Shown: piece by piece, positions 1 to 12,050 of the stretch
Numbering within the stretch: position 1 is the stretch's first letter
How the letters are laid out: each line of letters starts with the position of its first letter
Origin: an uncultured Acidobacteriota bacterium
GTDB taxonomy: Bacteria; Acidobacteriota; Thermoanaerobaculia; Multivoradales; UBA5704
Direction of reading: 5' to 3'
Length of the DNA: 64,000 bases
NCBI GenBank assembly: GCA_963700145.1
Contig: OY969474.1
Span: 4,320,001 to 4,384,000 of the forward strand
Notes under the pieces: generated by a model
What the model was told of the DNA's origin: nothing
What the model saw: the letters and a program-made list of their open reading frames with translations, nothing else
Databases searched by the model: none
Made by a program: the position numbers and the translations under genes

Positions 1-405
1 GTAGCGCACGATCTGCTGCTTGATGGCGTGGCGGCCGCCGCCGAGGATGCGCACCTTGGTGGGGGTGCGGTAGCCGGGCCGGACCAGGATGCCGGCGGTC
101 TCGACCCCGAGCGCCTGGAGCGCCGCGACCAGCTCGCGGCCGGAGGCGTCGTCGCCGACGACTCCCAGCGGCAGCGGCCGTCCGCCGAGGGCGGCGACGT
201 TGGCCACCGCGTTGGCGCCGCCGCCCGGCGCCAGGCGTTCGCCCTCGTAGGAGAGGATGAGGACGGGCGCCTCGCGGCTGATCCGCTTCGGCGTGCCGGT
301 GATGAAGCGGTCGGCGACGAGGTCCACGACCATCGCCACCGGCCGCCCGGCCATGCCGTCGACGAGCGACAGCAAGCGGTCGGCAGAGGGGAGCGAGTTG
401 GCCAT
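1..405 (-). CDS. PfkB-family kinase resembling HldE/RfaE domain I (heptose 7-phosphate kinase), truncated by the window edge
   Basis: Not in the ORF track. Manual translation from ATG at 405: MANSLPSADRLL...DLVADRFITGTPKRISREAPVLIL...PGGGANAVANVAALGG...GVVGDD...TPTKVRI. RIS(R/P)EAPV and GGAN are RfaE domain I hallmarks. Confidence 0.85.
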   Translation of the reverse strand, partial: MANSLPSADRLLSLVDGMAGRPVAMVVDLVADRFITGTPKRISREAPVLILSYEGERLAPGGGANAVANVAALGGRPLPLGVVGDDASGRELVAALQALGVETAGILVRPGYRTPTKVRILGGGRHAIKQQIVRY

Positions 406-429
406 CGGAGCGCGCGCAAGCGTAGCAGG

Positions 430-475
430 GCTAGGAGCCCGTCGCGCTGGGCGCGCGACGGACGACGCTCCTAGC
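430..475. repeat. Intergenic inverted repeat (hairpin)
   Basis: gctaggagc...gctcctagc arms enclose an inner ccgtcgcgc/gcgcgacgg stem. Confidence 0.5.
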
Positions 476-483
476 AGTCATCC

Positions 484-507
484 GAGCCCGGCGCGAAAGC
501 CTTCGCG
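484..507 (+). repeat. 24-nt dispersed REP-like palindromic repeat, copy 1
   Basis: gagcccggcgcgaaagccttcgcg is the exact reverse complement of 54977..55000. Confidence 0.75.
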
Positions 508-530
508 CCTCAGCGGGTTAGAGTCGAACC

Positions 531-1586
531 GTGTCCGCCCCCGCCGAACGGCTGCGCGAGCGCATCCGATCCTCAGGCCCCATTCCTTTCGCGGCGTTCA
601 TGGAGGAAGCGCTGTACGGGGAGGGGGGGTACTACCGGCGCGACGAGCTGCCGATCGGGGAGGCGGAGGATTTCGTCACGGGATCTTCGCTCTCGCCGCT
701 GTTCGGGCGGGCGACGGGGCGGCTGCTGCGGCGGCTGGACGGCGAGCTGGGGCGGCGGGCGGAGCTGCTCGAGGCGGGGTACGGCGGCGGGGAGCACCTC
801 GCGGCGGTGGTTGGATTTCTGGGTGGGGAGAATGGAGTGGGGAGACGGATGCGGGCGTGGGATCGGGTGGCGCGGCCGCTGCCGGCGGGGGTGGAGCGGG
901 TCGCGGCGCTCGAGGAGGTCGGCGAGGGCGAGATCGGCGGGTTGGTTTTCTCCTACGAGCTCTTCGACGCGCTGCCCGTCCACCGCCTGATCGGCCGCGC
1001 GGACGGCGCGCTCGGGGAGCTGTGGGTGGAGCTGGACGGCGAGGGACGCTTCGCCTGGCGCGAGGGCGCGCTCTCCGATCCGGCGCTCGCCGCGCTCCTC
1101 GGCGACGCTGAACTCGCTCCCGGCCAGGTCGCCGACCTCTCGCCGCAGTCGGCGCCGCTCTACGCGGCCCTCGCTCGCCGCCTCGGGCGCGGGCTCCTCG
1201 TCACTTGCGACTACGGCTTCCCGCGCCCGCAGCTCCTCGACCCGCGCATCCGCCGCCACGGCACGCTCGCCTGCTACCGCCGCCAGACGGTCCACCGCGA
1301 TCCCTTCGCCGACGTTGGCGCCCAGGACTTGACGGCGCACGTCGATTTCACCGCCCTGATCGAGGCCGGCGAGGCCGCCGGGCTTAGGACCTTCGCCCTC
1401 ACCCGGCAGGCGCTCTGGCTCAGCGCCTGCGGCCTCTTCGAGGACCTCGCGGACGCCCCGGCCGCCATCCGGCAAGAGGCCATCGCGCTTCTCGACGGCG
1501 AGGGGATGGGGGAGGAGATCCGGGTGCTGGTCCAGGCCCGCGGCCTCGCGCCGGAGCGCGTCCTCGACGCGCGTTTCTTTCCTTGA
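531..1586 (+). CDS. MidA/NDUFAF7 (DUF185) family SAM-dependent methyltransferase
   Basis: Motifs [31 protein letters not shown] and QDLTAHVDF. Confidence 0.9.
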   Translation: MSAPAERLRERIRSSGPIPFAAFMEEALYGEGGYYRRDELPIGEAEDFVTGSSLSPLFGRATGRLLRRLDGELGRRAELLEAGYGGGEHLAAVVGFLGGENGVGRRMRAWDRVARPLPAGVERVAALEEVGEGEIGGLVFSYELFDALPVHRLIGRADGALGELWVELDGEGRFAWREGALSDPALAALLGDAELAPGQVADLSPQSAPLYAALARRLGRGLLVTCDYGFPRPQLLDPRIRRHGTLACYRRQTVHRDPFADVGAQDLTAHVDFTALIEAGEAAGLRTFALTRQALWLSACGLFEDLADAPAAIRQEAIALLDGEGMGEEIRVLVQARGLAPERVLDARFFP

Positions 1587-1616
1587 CGGCGGCCGCTCGC
1601 CTAGAATCGCCCCGCT

Positions 1617-1973
1617 TTGGCGAACTACCTGCCCATCCTGGTGTTCACGGTGATCGCCGCGCTCTTTCTCGTCGCCACGCTCCTCGCCGCCCGGCTCCTG
1701 CGCCGCGCCGCCAGCCCGACGACCAACCTCGACCCCTACGAGTGCGGCAACGAGCCCGAGACCTTCGCTCACGACCACCGCTTCTCGATCCGCTACTACC
1801 TCATCGCCGTCCTCTTCGTCATCTTCGACGTCGAGACCATCTTCCTCTACCCCTGGGCGATCCTCTTCGACCAGCTCGCTCTCTTCGGCTTCATCGAGAT
1901 GGTGGTCTTCCTCGCCATCCTGGTCGTCGGCTACGTCTACGTCTGGAACCGCGGAGCGCTCAATTGGGCCTGA
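1617..1973 (+). CDS. nuoA: NADH-quinone oxidoreductase subunit A
   Basis: [23 protein letters not shown] and three hydrophobic helices; TTG start. Confidence 0.97.
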   Translation: MANYLPILVFTVIAALFLVATLLAARLLRRAASPTTNLDPYECGNEPETFAHDHRFSIRYYLIAVLFVIFDVETIFLYPWAILFDQLALFGFIEMVVFLAILVVGYVYVWNRGALNWA

Positions 1974-2443
1974 CCGACAGCCCCAACGTCCTCACCACGA
2001 CCTACGACAAGGTCTTCAACTGGGCGCGGCGCTCGGCGATCTGGCCGATGCAGTTCGGCCTCGCCTGCTGCGCCATCGAGATGATGGCGGTGCTCGACCC
2101 GCGCCACGACATGTCGCGCTTCGGCGCCGAGGTCTTCCGCGCCACGCCGCGGCAGAGCGACCTGATGATCGTCGCCGGCACCGTCACCGAGAAGATGGCC
2201 CCCATCGTGCGCCGTCTCTGGGACCAGATGCCGGAGCCCAAGTGGGCGATGGCGATGGGCGCCTGCGCCACCTGCGGCGGGCCGTACCGCACCTACGCCG
2301 TGACCCAGGGGGTGGACCGGGTGATCCCGGTGGACGTCTACGTGCCCGGCTGTCCGCCGCGCCCGGAGGCGCTGATGTGGGGGCTCCTCCACCTGCAGCG
2401 CAAGATCGACCGCATGAGCGTGGCGAAGCGGGCGACGGCATGA
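1964..2443 (+). CDS. nuoB: NADH-quinone oxidoreductase subunit B
   Basis: [21 protein letters not shown] and [13 protein letters not shown]. Start set at TTG 1964 inside track ORF 1583..2443. Confidence 0.96.
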   Translation: MGLTDSPNVLTTTYDKVFNWARRSAIWPMQFGLACCAIEMMAVLDPRHDMSRFGAEVFRATPRQSDLMIVAGTVTEKMAPIVRRLWDQMPEPKWAMAMGACATCGGPYRTYAVTQGVDRVIPVDVYVPGCPPRPEALMWGLLHLQRKIDRMSVAKRATA

Positions 2444-3237
2444 GCGAGCCGGAGCGCCCGCCGGGCGAAGCGCCCAAGAAGGCGCCGCTGACTCCCGAGG
2501 AGAAGGCGGCGCTGGTCGCCAAGGCGAAGGCGGCGAGGGAGGCCGCGGCGGCCGCCGGCGGCGCCGCCGCTCCCGGAGCCGCTCCCGCCGCCGCCGCCAA
2601 GAAGCCGGCGCACGAAGAGGACCCCAACAAGCCGGTCTGGGAGAAGGACCCGGTCGCTCCCGACTGGCAGGACGCGGCGGACGACCCGCTCGCTTCCGCC
2701 CTGCGCGAGGAATTCGGTGAGGCGATCCAGTCCGCGCGCCGCTTCGCCGGCGACCTGACGCTCGGCGTGGCCCGCGAGGCGGTGGCGCGCGTCGCCGCCT
2801 CGCTCAAGGCGAAGCACGGCTTCACCTATCTGGTGGACGTCTGCGGCGCCGACTTCCCGCAGCGCACGCCGCGCTTCGACGTCGTCTACCACCTCTACAG
2901 CTTCGAGGCGAACCGGCGGGTGCGCCTCAAGACCGGCGCCGGCGAAGGGGAGGAGGTCCCCAGCCTGACGACGGTCTTCCGCGCCGCCAACTGGCCGGAG
3001 CGGGAGGTCTACGACATGTACGGCGTGCGCTTCGCCGGCCACCCGGACATGACGCGCATCCTCCTCTGGGAGGGCTTCAACGGTTTCCCGCTGCGCAAGG
3101 ACTTCCCGGTCGAAGGGATCGACACCGGCTCGGCGATCTACCCCGAGTACTACGAGCCGAGCGCCGGCCCCGTGGCTGGTGCCGGCACCGGCTGGAAGCC
3201 CGGCAAGGCGCCGGAGCCGCCGAAGGCGGAGCCGTGA
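2440..3237 (+). CDS. nuoC: NADH-quinone oxidoreductase subunit C with an Ala/Lys-rich N-terminal extension
   Basis: [28 protein letters not shown] and PLRKDFP; ATGA overlap with nuoB. Confidence 0.95.
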   Translation: MSEPERPPGEAPKKAPLTPEEKAALVAKAKAAREAAAAAGGAAAPGAAPAAAAKKPAHEEDPNKPVWEKDPVAPDWQDAADDPLASALREEFGEAIQSARRFAGDLTLGVAREAVARVAASLKAKHGFTYLVDVCGADFPQRTPRFDVVYHLYSFEANRRVRLKTGAGEGEEVPSLTTVFRAANWPEREVYDMYGVRFAGHPDMTRILLWEGFNGFPLRKDFPVEGIDTGSAIYPEYYEPSAGPVAGAGTGWKPGKAPEPPKAEP

Positions 3238-4373
3238 CGGAGCCGGTTCGCTCTCTCTCTCCGGACGCCCTTTTCGCCGCCGGCGAGGAGATGGAGCTCA
3301 ACTTCGGGCCGCAGCACCCTTCGACCCACGGCGTCCTGCGCCTGAAGCTCAAGGTGGACGGCGAGCGGATCATCGACTGCTACCCGATCATCGGCTACCT
3401 CCACCGTGGCACCGAGAAGCTTTTCGAGCTCCACCCCTACTTCCAGAACGTGCCGCACACCGACCGCATGGACTACGTGGCGGCGGCCACCAACAACCTG
3501 GCCTACGTCGGCGCGGTGGAGAAGCTCGTCGGGCTGACGGTGCCGCCGCGGGCGCGCTACATCCGCACCATCCTGGCCGAGCTGCAGCGCATCTCGTCGC
3601 ACCTGCTCTGGCTGGCCACCCACGCCATCGACATCGGCGCCATGACGCCGTTCTTCTACTGCTTCCGCGAGCGCGAGCAGATCCTCGACCTCTTCGAGCT
3701 CTACTGCGGCGCGCGGCTGACCCTCAACTGCATGCGGCCCGGCGGCCTGCCGATGGACCTGCCGGTCGGCTGGACCGACCGCTGCCGCGCCTTCGTCGAG
3801 ATCTTCCCGGCCAAGGTGGACGAGTACGAGGGGCTGCTCACCGACAACCGGATCTGGAAGCGGCGAACGGTGGGGATCGGCGTCCTCGACGCCGAGACGG
3901 CGATCGACTACGGCATCACCGGCCCGATGCTGCGCGGCAGCGGCGTCGCCTGGGACCTGCGCAAGGCGATGCCCTACGAGGCCTACGGCGAGGTCGAGTT
4001 CGACGTGCCGACGGGGAAGAACGGCGACACCTACGACCGCTACCTCGTGCGCATGGAGGAGATGCGGCAGGCCAACCGCATCCTCGCGCAGTGCCTCGAC
4101 AAGCTCCCCGAGGGGCCGATCATGGCCAAGCGCCCGCGCGTGCTCAAGGCGGGCAAGGAGTCCGAGGTCTACCACGGCATCGAGGGGCCGAAAGGGGAGA
4201 TCGGCTTCTACTTCGTCGGCGACGGCACGCCGAACCCCTACCGCTGCCACGTCCGGCCGCCGTCGTTCGTCAACCTGGCGGTGCTGCCGGAGCTGACCAA
4301 GGGGCACCTGGTGGCCGACCTCGTGGCGCTGATCGGGACGACCGACATCGTGCTTGGCGAGGTGGACCGCTAG
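3234..4373 (+). CDS. nuoD: NADH-quinone oxidoreductase subunit D
   Basis: NFGPQHPSTHGVLRL, GYLHRGTEK and C-terminal DIVLGEVDR. Confidence 0.98.
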   Translation: MTEPVRSLSPDALFAAGEEMELNFGPQHPSTHGVLRLKLKVDGERIIDCYPIIGYLHRGTEKLFELHPYFQNVPHTDRMDYVAAATNNLAYVGAVEKLVGLTVPPRARYIRTILAELQRISSHLLWLATHAIDIGAMTPFFYCFREREQILDLFELYCGARLTLNCMRPGGLPMDLPVGWTDRCRAFVEIFPAKVDEYEGLLTDNRIWKRRTVGIGVLDAETAIDYGITGPMLRGSGVAWDLRKAMPYEAYGEVEFDVPTGKNGDTYDRYLVRMEEMRQANRILAQCLDKLPEGPIMAKRPRVLKAGKESEVYHGIEGPKGEIGFYFVGDGTPNPYRCHVRPPSFVNLAVLPELTKGHLVADLVALIGTTDIVLGEVDR

Positions 4374-5435
4374 ATGCCTTCCTGGCTCGAGTCGGTGCGC
4401 GAGTCGGTGGGGCCGACGCTCTTCGACTACGCGGTCTCGCCGGCGGTCAAGATCTTGGTGCTGATGTTCCTCGGCATCCTGCCGGTGATCACCTACCTGG
4501 TGCTCGCCGAGCGCAAGATCCTGGGCTTCATCCAGGCGCGCGTGGGGCCCAACCGGGTGGGGCCGTGGGGGCTGCTGCAGCCGATCGCCGACGTGCTCAA
4601 GCTCCTGGTCAAGGAGGACACGATGCCGCGGCAGGCGGTCAAGTGGGCGTTCGTCCTCGCCCCCTGCCTGGTCGTGGCGCCGGCGCTCATCATCTTCGCG
4701 GTGATCCCGATGGGGCCGCGCCCGGAGGGCGACGGCCTCGCCTGGTACATCACCGACGTGGACACCGGGGCGCTGCTGGTCATCGCCCTGGCCACGATCG
4801 GGGTCTACGGCCTGATCCTGGGCGGGTGGTCCTCGAACAACAAGTTCTCGCTGATGGGCGGGCTCCGCTCGGCGGCGCAGATGATCTCCTACGAGGTGCC
4901 GCAGGGGCTGGCGCTGGTGGGGCCGCTGATGCTCGCCGGGAGCCTGTCGCTCATCCAGATCGTCGAGAGCCAACGCGAGATGCGGCTCTGGTTCTTCGTG
5001 CCGCAAATCGTCGCCTTCTTCATCTACGTCGTCGCGGGGGTGGCGGAGTCGAACCGGAATCCGTTCGATCTACCCGAAGCCGAGTCCGAGTTGGTGGCCG
5101 GGTTCCACACGGAGTACAGCGGGATGCGGTTCGCGCTGTTTTTCTTGGGCGAGTACGCCAACATGATCGTCATCTCGGCGGTCGCCACGACGCTTTTTCT
5201 GGGCGGCTGGCTGCGGCCGTTCCCCAGCGTCGGGTGGCTGGGCTTCCTCGACGTCGTGCCGCCGGTCCTCTGGTTCGCGCTCAAGGTCTTCGCCTTCCTC
5301 TTCGTCTACATCTGGTTCCGCGGCACCTTCCCGCGCTACCGCTTCGACCAGCTCATGGACCTGGGCTGGAAGTGGATGATCCCCCTCGCCCTGGCCAACA
5401 TCCTGGTCACCGGGCTGCTCAAGCTCACTTTCTAG
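4374..5435 (+). CDS. nuoH: NADH-quinone oxidoreductase subunit H
   Basis: ERKILGFIQARVGPNRVG, PFDLPEAESELVAGFHTEYSG and PRYRFDQLM. Confidence 0.98.
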   Translation: MPSWLESVRESVGPTLFDYAVSPAVKILVLMFLGILPVITYLVLAERKILGFIQARVGPNRVGPWGLLQPIADVLKLLVKEDTMPRQAVKWAFVLAPCLVVAPALIIFAVIPMGPRPEGDGLAWYITDVDTGALLVIALATIGVYGLILGGWSSNNKFSLMGGLRSAAQMISYEVPQGLALVGPLMLAGSLSLIQIVESQREMRLWFFVPQIVAFFIYVVAGVAESNRNPFDLPEAESELVAGFHTEYSGMRFALFFLGEYANMIVISAVATTLFLGGWLRPFPSVGWLGFLDVVPPVLWFALKVFAFLFVYIWFRGTFPRYRFDQLMDLGWKWMIPLALANILVTGLLKLTF

Positions 5436-5447
5436 AGGCTGCCGACG

Positions 5448-5927
5448 ATGAGCGCCGTCAAGCGATTCCTCGACAAGGTCATGCTCCTCGACCTCTTCGC
5501 GGGGCTCGGCATCACCTTCAAGAACATGCTGCGCAAGAAGGTGACCGTGCAGTACCCGGAGGAGCGCTGGGAGCCGGCGCACCGCTTCCGCGGCATGTTC
5601 CGGCTCGACGAGGAGCGCTGCATCAGCTGCACCATCTGCGCCCGCGACTGCCCGATCGACATCATCTACATCGACTTCCACCAGGAGGTGAACCCGGAGA
5701 CCGGGAAGAAGGAGAAGAAGCTCGACCGCTTCGACATCGACGTGCAGCGCTGCATGTTCTGCGGCCTCTGCGAGGAGGGGTGCCCGACCGAGCCGAAATC
5801 GATCTGGCTGACCACCAAGACCTACGAGCTGGCCTCCTACGACCGTTGGTCGAACCTCTACGTCGACATGGATGAGCTGCAGGAGTGGCGGGTGCGCCCG
5901 GCCTACACCGACGAGGAGATCGCCTGA
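5448..5927 (+). CDS. nuoI: NADH-quinone oxidoreductase subunit I
   Basis: TVQYPEE and two CxxCxxCxxxCP [4Fe-4S] motifs. Confidence 0.97.
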   Translation: MSAVKRFLDKVMLLDLFAGLGITFKNMLRKKVTVQYPEERWEPAHRFRGMFRLDEERCISCTICARDCPIDIIYIDFHQEVNPETGKKEKKLDRFDIDVQRCMFCGLCEEGCPTEPKSIWLTTKTYELASYDRWSNLYVDMDELQEWRVRPAYTDEEIA

Positions 5928-5928
5928 G

Positions 5929-6447
5929 TTGAGCGGCGCGGACCTCCTCTTCTACGCCTTCGCGGCGATGGCGCTGCTGGGGGCGGTGCTGGTGGTGGCG
6001 TTGCGCAACCCGATGTACGGCGCTATCTCGCTGCTCGGCACCTTCCTGGCGGTGGCGGCGCTCTTCCTGCTGCGCCACGCCGAGTTCCTGGCCATCGTCC
6101 AGATCTTCGTCTACGGCGGCGGCATCATGGTGCTCTTCCTCTTCGTCATCATGCTGGTCAACCTCCACCGCCTGCGCGAGACGACGAAGTACGACCGGCA
6201 GACGCCGCTGGCGGCGGTCCTGGGGCTCATCCTGGTGGCGCTCTTCGTCACCGTCTTCGCGCTCGCCGGCTTCGGGCCGCCGCTGGCGCGGCCGGAGGTC
6301 TTCACCGCCGGCGCCCAGGGGATCAGCGGCAACTCGCAGGCCGTGGCCTGGCTGCTCTACCGCGACTACCTGCTGCCGTTCGAGATCGCCTCGATCTTCC
6401 TGCTCATCGCGATGATCGGCGCCGTGGTCCTGGGGAGGCGCGCGTGA
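5929..6447 (+). CDS. nuoJ: NADH-quinone oxidoreductase subunit J
   Basis: AEFLAIVQIFVYGGGIMVLFLFVIML and YLLPFE. TTG start inferred inside track ORF 5872..6447. Confidence 0.95.
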   Translation: MSGADLLFYAFAAMALLGAVLVVALRNPMYGAISLLGTFLAVAALFLLRHAEFLAIVQIFVYGGGIMVLFLFVIMLVNLHRLRETTKYDRQTPLAAVLGLILVALFVTVFALAGFGPPLARPEVFTAGAQGISGNSQAVAWLLYRDYLLPFEIASIFLLIAMIGAVVLGRRA

Positions 6448-6758
6448 TGACCGCGGAGGTCACGACCAACCACTACCTGGTCCTCTCCTTCCTGCTGTTC
6501 ACCATCGGCCTCTTCGGCATCCTGGCGCGGCGCAACCTGATCACCGTGCTGATGTCGATCGAGCTGGTGCTCAACTCGGTCAACCTCAACTTCATCGCCT
6601 TCTCCTACCAGCACTCCGACCTGACCGGCCAGATCTTCGCCGTCTTCACGATCACCGTGGCGGCGGGGGAGGCGGCGGTGGGGCTCGGGATCCTGATCGC
6701 CCTCTTCCGGCTGCGCGAGACGACGCAGCTCGACTCGGCGGCGGAGCTCAAGGGGTAG
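6444..6758 (+). CDS. nuoK: NADH-quinone oxidoreductase subunit K
   Basis: RRNLITVLMSIELVLN and VAAGEAAVGL. Confidence 0.97.
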   Translation: MMTAEVTTNHYLVLSFLLFTIGLFGILARRNLITVLMSIELVLNSVNLNFIAFSYQHSDLTGQIFAVFTITVAAGEAAVGLGILIALFRLRETTQLDSAAELKG

Positions 6759-6767
6759 CGGGGCAGA

Positions 6768-8843
6768 GTGCGCGCGCTCCTCTGGCTGGTGCCGGTGCTG
6801 CCGTTCGTGGGGGCGCTGCTCAACGGCGTCGTACTGCGCGGCCGCATCGGCAAGCGCGCCGTCGCCTGGATCGCCTGCGGCGTCGTGGCGCTCGCCGGGC
6901 TGCTGGGGCTCGCGATCATCGCCGAGCACTTCGGGGGGGGCGGCCACCACGAGGCCTACGAGCAGGAGCTCTACACCTGGATCCCGGCCGGGCCGCTCGC
7001 CTCGACGGTCGGCGGCGTGCGCGACCTCGAGATCGGCATGGGGTTCCTCCTCGACCCGCTCTCGGCGGTGATGCTCTTCGTCGTCACCTTCGTCGGCTTC
7101 TGGATCCACCTCTACTCGGTCGGCTACATGGCCCACGAGTCGGGGTTCCAGCGCTACTTCACCTACCTCAACCTCTTCATGGGGGCGATGCTGCTGCTCG
7201 TCCTCGGCGACAACTACCTGGTGACCTTCGTCGGCTGGGAGGGGGTGGGGCTCTGCTCCTACCTCCTGATCGGCTTCTACTACCAAGAGGAGTTCCCGCC
7301 CTACGCCGGGCGCAAGGCGTTCATCGTCAACCGCGTCGGCGACTTCGGCTTCCTGCTCGGCCTCTTCGCCCTGGCCTCGACCTTCGGCACGCTGCGCTAC
7401 AACGAGATCTTCGAGCGCCTGGCGACGAGCCCGGAGCTGGGGCGCGCGGCCTACGTCGGCGGGTTGTCGCTGGCCGGCTTCGTCGCCCTCTGCCTCTTCG
7501 TCGGCGCGATGGGGAAGAGCGCGCAGATCCCGCTCTATGTCTGGCTGCCCGACGCGATGGCCGGGCCGACGCCGGTCTCGGCGCTGATCCACGCCGCGAC
7601 GATGGTCACCGCCGGCGTCTACATGGTGGTGCGCTCGAACGTCCTCTACCAGCTCGCCCCGGAGGTGTCGCTGACCGTCGCGGTGATCGGCGCGGCGACG
7701 GCGCTGGTGGCGGCGACGATCGGCCTGGCGCAGACCGACATCAAGAAGGTGCTCGCCTACTCGACGGTCTCGCAGCTCGGCTACATGTTCCTGGCCGCCG
7801 GCGTCGGCGCCTACACCGCGGCGATCTTCCACTTGCTGACCCACGCCTTCTTCAAGGCCCTCCTCTTCCTCGGCTCGGGGTCGGTGATCCACGCCATGGG
7901 CGGCGAGCAGGACATGCGGCGAATGGGCGGGCTCAAGAAGTACCTGCCGGTGACCTACTGGACCTTCGTCGTCGGCGCGCTGGCGATCGCCGGGGTGCCC
8001 GGCTTCGCCGGCTTCTTCTCGAAGGACGAGATCCTCCACGCCGCGGCGGCGGAGGGGCAGTGGGTGCTCTGGGGCGTGGGGCTCGCCACGGCTCTCCTCA
8101 CCGCCTTCTACATGTTCCGCGCCGTGCACCTGACCTTCCACGGGGAGTTCCGCGGCAGCGAGGAGCAGCGGCACCACCTCCACGAGTCGCCGCGGATCAT
8201 GACCGTGCCGCTGGTGGTGCTGGCGGCGGGGGCGGTCCTCTCCGGCTTCATCGGCCTGCCGCCGCTCTTCACCGGCGGCAACGATTGGAACCTCTTCCAC
8301 CGCTTCCTGCACCCGGTCGTGGCGCAGCTCCCCGGCGGCGTCGGGGAGGGGCACGAGATGGGCGCGGCGCTGGAGTGGGGGCTGGTGGGGGTGGCGGTGC
8401 TGGTCGCCGGCCTCGGCATCTGGCTGGCGTGGGTCTTCTACGGACGGGACCGCGGGCTCGAGCGCGGCCGCGCCTGGGCGGCGCGCTTCCCGTGGGCCCA
8501 CCGCGTCCTGGTCAACAAGTACTACGTCGACGAGCTCTACGACGCCACCGTGGTGCGCGGCACCTGGGGGGCGGCGCACGGCCTCCACCGCTTCGACGCC
8601 GGCGTCATCGACGGCGTCGGCGTGCACGGCGCGCGCAACGTCACGGTCACCGGCGCGCTCCTCTCCGGCTTCTTCGACAAGTACCTGGTGGACGGGCTGG
8701 TGAATCTGGTGGGGGCCGTGCTCAACCTCTTCTCGCGCGGCTTCCGGCGCCTCCAGACCGGCTACGTCGGCAACTACGCGCTGGTGCTGGGGGCCGGCGT
8801 GCTGGTGCTGGTCTGCGCCTGGGCGCTGCTGCGGCGTTTCTGA
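6768..8843 (+). CDS. nuoL: NADH-quinone oxidoreductase subunit L
   Basis: GWEGVGLCSYLLIGF, GKSAQIPLYVWLPDAMAGPTPVSALIHAATMV and HAFFKALLFL. Confidence 0.98.
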   Translation: MRALLWLVPVLPFVGALLNGVVLRGRIGKRAVAWIACGVVALAGLLGLAIIAEHFGGGGHHEAYEQELYTWIPAGPLASTVGGVRDLEIGMGFLLDPLSAVMLFVVTFVGFWIHLYSVGYMAHESGFQRYFTYLNLFMGAMLLLVLGDNYLVTFVGWEGVGLCSYLLIGFYYQEEFPPYAGRKAFIVNRVGDFGFLLGLFALASTFGTLRYNEIFERLATSPELGRAAYVGGLSLAGFVALCLFVGAMGKSAQIPLYVWLPDAMAGPTPVSALIHAATMVTAGVYMVVRSNVLYQLAPEVSLTVAVIGAATALVAATIGLAQTDIKKVLAYSTVSQLGYMFLAAGVGAYTAAIFHLLTHAFFKALLFLGSGSVIHAMGGEQDMRRMGGLKKYLPVTYWTFVVGALAIAGVPGFAGFFSKDEILHAAAAEGQWVLWGVGLATALLTAFYMFRAVHLTFHGEFRGSEEQRHHLHESPRIMTVPLVVLAAGAVLSGFIGLPPLFTGGNDWNLFHRFLHPVVAQLPGGVGEGHEMGAALEWGLVGVAVLVAGLGIWLAWVFYGRDRGLERGRAWAARFPWAHRVLVNKYYVDELYDATVVRGTWGAAHGLHRFDAGVIDGVGVHGARNVTVTGALLSGFFDKYLVDGLVNLVGAVLNLFSRGFRRLQTGYVGNYALVLGAGVLVLVCAWALLRRF

Positions 8844-8870
8844 TGCGGTCGATCTTCCCGAGGGGGAGTC

Positions 8871-10430
<1,560 letters not shown>

Positions 10431-10433
10431 CGG

Positions 10434-11891
10434 GTGCCCTTCGACCCGCAGGAGTTCCTGCTCCTGGCGCCGGAGATCCTGCTCTCTCTCGCCGGCCTGC
10501 TGCTGCTCCTCGTCGGCACGATCGGGCGCGGCTTCGAGAACCGCGAGTCGGCCTTCGTCTCGCTGGCGGCGCTGGGGCTGACCGCCGCGGTGCTGATACG
10601 CCTCCACCTCCAGGTGCCGGGGCCGCTGCGCATCCTCGGCGGCATGTTCGTGCTCGACGGCTTCGCCTTCGTCTGGAAGCTGCTGGTGCTCCTGGCGACG
10701 GCGGTGACGGTACTGCTGTCGATCCGCTTCCTCGAGGAGGGGCGCTACCGGCCGGCCGAGTACTACTCGCTGCTGCTGCTCGCCACCGCCGGCATGCTCT
10801 TCATGGCCAGCGGCGCGACGCTCCTGGTCATCTGGATCTCGCTCGAGACGATGGCGCTCGCCAGCTACGTCCTGGCCGGCTACTTCAAGCGCGAGCTGCG
10901 CTCGACCGAGGCGGCGCTCAAGTACTTCATCCTCGGCGCCATGTCCTCGGGGGTGCTGCTCTACGGCATCTCGCTGCTCTACGGCGCGGCGGGGACGGTG
11001 GACCTCGGCGAGCTGTCGCAGCGGCTGGTGATCGCGAACGACGCCGGGAGCCTCCTGGTGCCGCTCGGCTGGCTGCTCCTCGCCGCCGGGCTCTTCTTCA
11101 AGGTGGCGGCGGTGCCCTTCCACGTCTGGACGCCGGACGTCTACGTCGGCGCCCCGACGCCGGTGACCGGCTGGCTGGCGGCGGCCTCGAAGGCGGCCTC
11201 GTTCGCCATCCTGGTGCGGATCTTCTACCAGGGGCTGATCACGCTGCAGGTCGAGTGGCAGTGGATCGTGGCCCTGGTCTCGGTCGCCTCGATGGTGTGG
11301 GGGAACCTGGCGGCGCTGACGCAGACGAACGTCAAGCGCATGCTCGCCTACAGCTCGATCGCCCACGCCGGGTACGTGCTGATCGGCGTCCTCGCGGTCT
11401 CGGAGATCGGGCTCTGGTCGGTGGTCTTCTACCTCCTGACCTACAGCTTCATCACCCTCGGTGCCTTCGGCACCGTGATCCTGCTCGAGCGGCGGGAGTA
11501 CGCGGGGGAGACGCTCGCCGACTACGCCGGGCTGGCGCGGCGCTCGCCGTTCCTCGCCGCCATGATGCTGCTCTTCCTGATCGCCCTGACCGGCATCCCG
11601 CCCACCGGCGGCTTCGTCGGCAAGGTCTACCTCTTCGCCTCGGCGGTCCAGTCCGGCTGGGCGTGGGTGGCGATCGTCGGTGTGGTGATGAGCGCCGTCT
11701 CGCTCTACTACTACTTCGGCGTCGTGGTCTCGATGTACCTCAAAGAGCCGACCGACACGACGCCGGCGCCGCTGCCCTCACGCAGCATCCGCTTCGCCGT
11801 CGCCTTCTGCGCCCTGGTGACCCTGGCCATGGGGATCTACCCGGGCCCCTTCATCGACTTCGCCAAGACCGCTCTCTTGCCGCTGCCGTAG
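10434..11891 (+). CDS. nuoN: NADH-quinone oxidoreductase subunit N
   Basis: EAALKYFILG, FKVAAVPFHVWTPDVYVGAPTP and KRMLAYSSIAHAGY. Confidence 0.98.
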   Translation: MPFDPQEFLLLAPEILLSLAGLLLLLVGTIGRGFENRESAFVSLAALGLTAAVLIRLHLQVPGPLRILGGMFVLDGFAFVWKLLVLLATAVTVLLSIRFLEEGRYRPAEYYSLLLLATAGMLFMASGATLLVIWISLETMALASYVLAGYFKRELRSTEAALKYFILGAMSSGVLLYGISLLYGAAGTVDLGELSQRLVIANDAGSLLVPLGWLLLAAGLFFKVAAVPFHVWTPDVYVGAPTPVTGWLAAASKAASFAILVRIFYQGLITLQVEWQWIVALVSVASMVWGNLAALTQTNVKRMLAYSSIAHAGYVLIGVLAVSEIGLWSVVFYLLTYSFITLGAFGTVILLERREYAGETLADYAGLARRSPFLAAMMLLFLIALTGIPPTGGFVGKVYLFASAVQSGWAWVAIVGVVMSAVSLYYYFGVVVSMYLKEPTDTTPAPLPSRSIRFAVAFCALVTLAMGIYPGPFIDFAKTALLPLP

Positions 11892-12050
11892 ATTGGCACG
11901 ACGCGGCGCCCTTTCGGCGTACTCCGGCCGTCCCCGGCGGAGGACGGAACGGCCAGCTCCCGGGCGCTGGTCCCGAGGAACGGGGCCGGTGACCCCTGGC
12001 ACCGCATGTGCGTATGCCATAGGCGGAGCCGACTGTCGGAAGGAGTCAGC

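Noticed and set aside
28-474. 148-aa plus-strand ORF
   Set aside because: Antisense to the HldE-like kinase.
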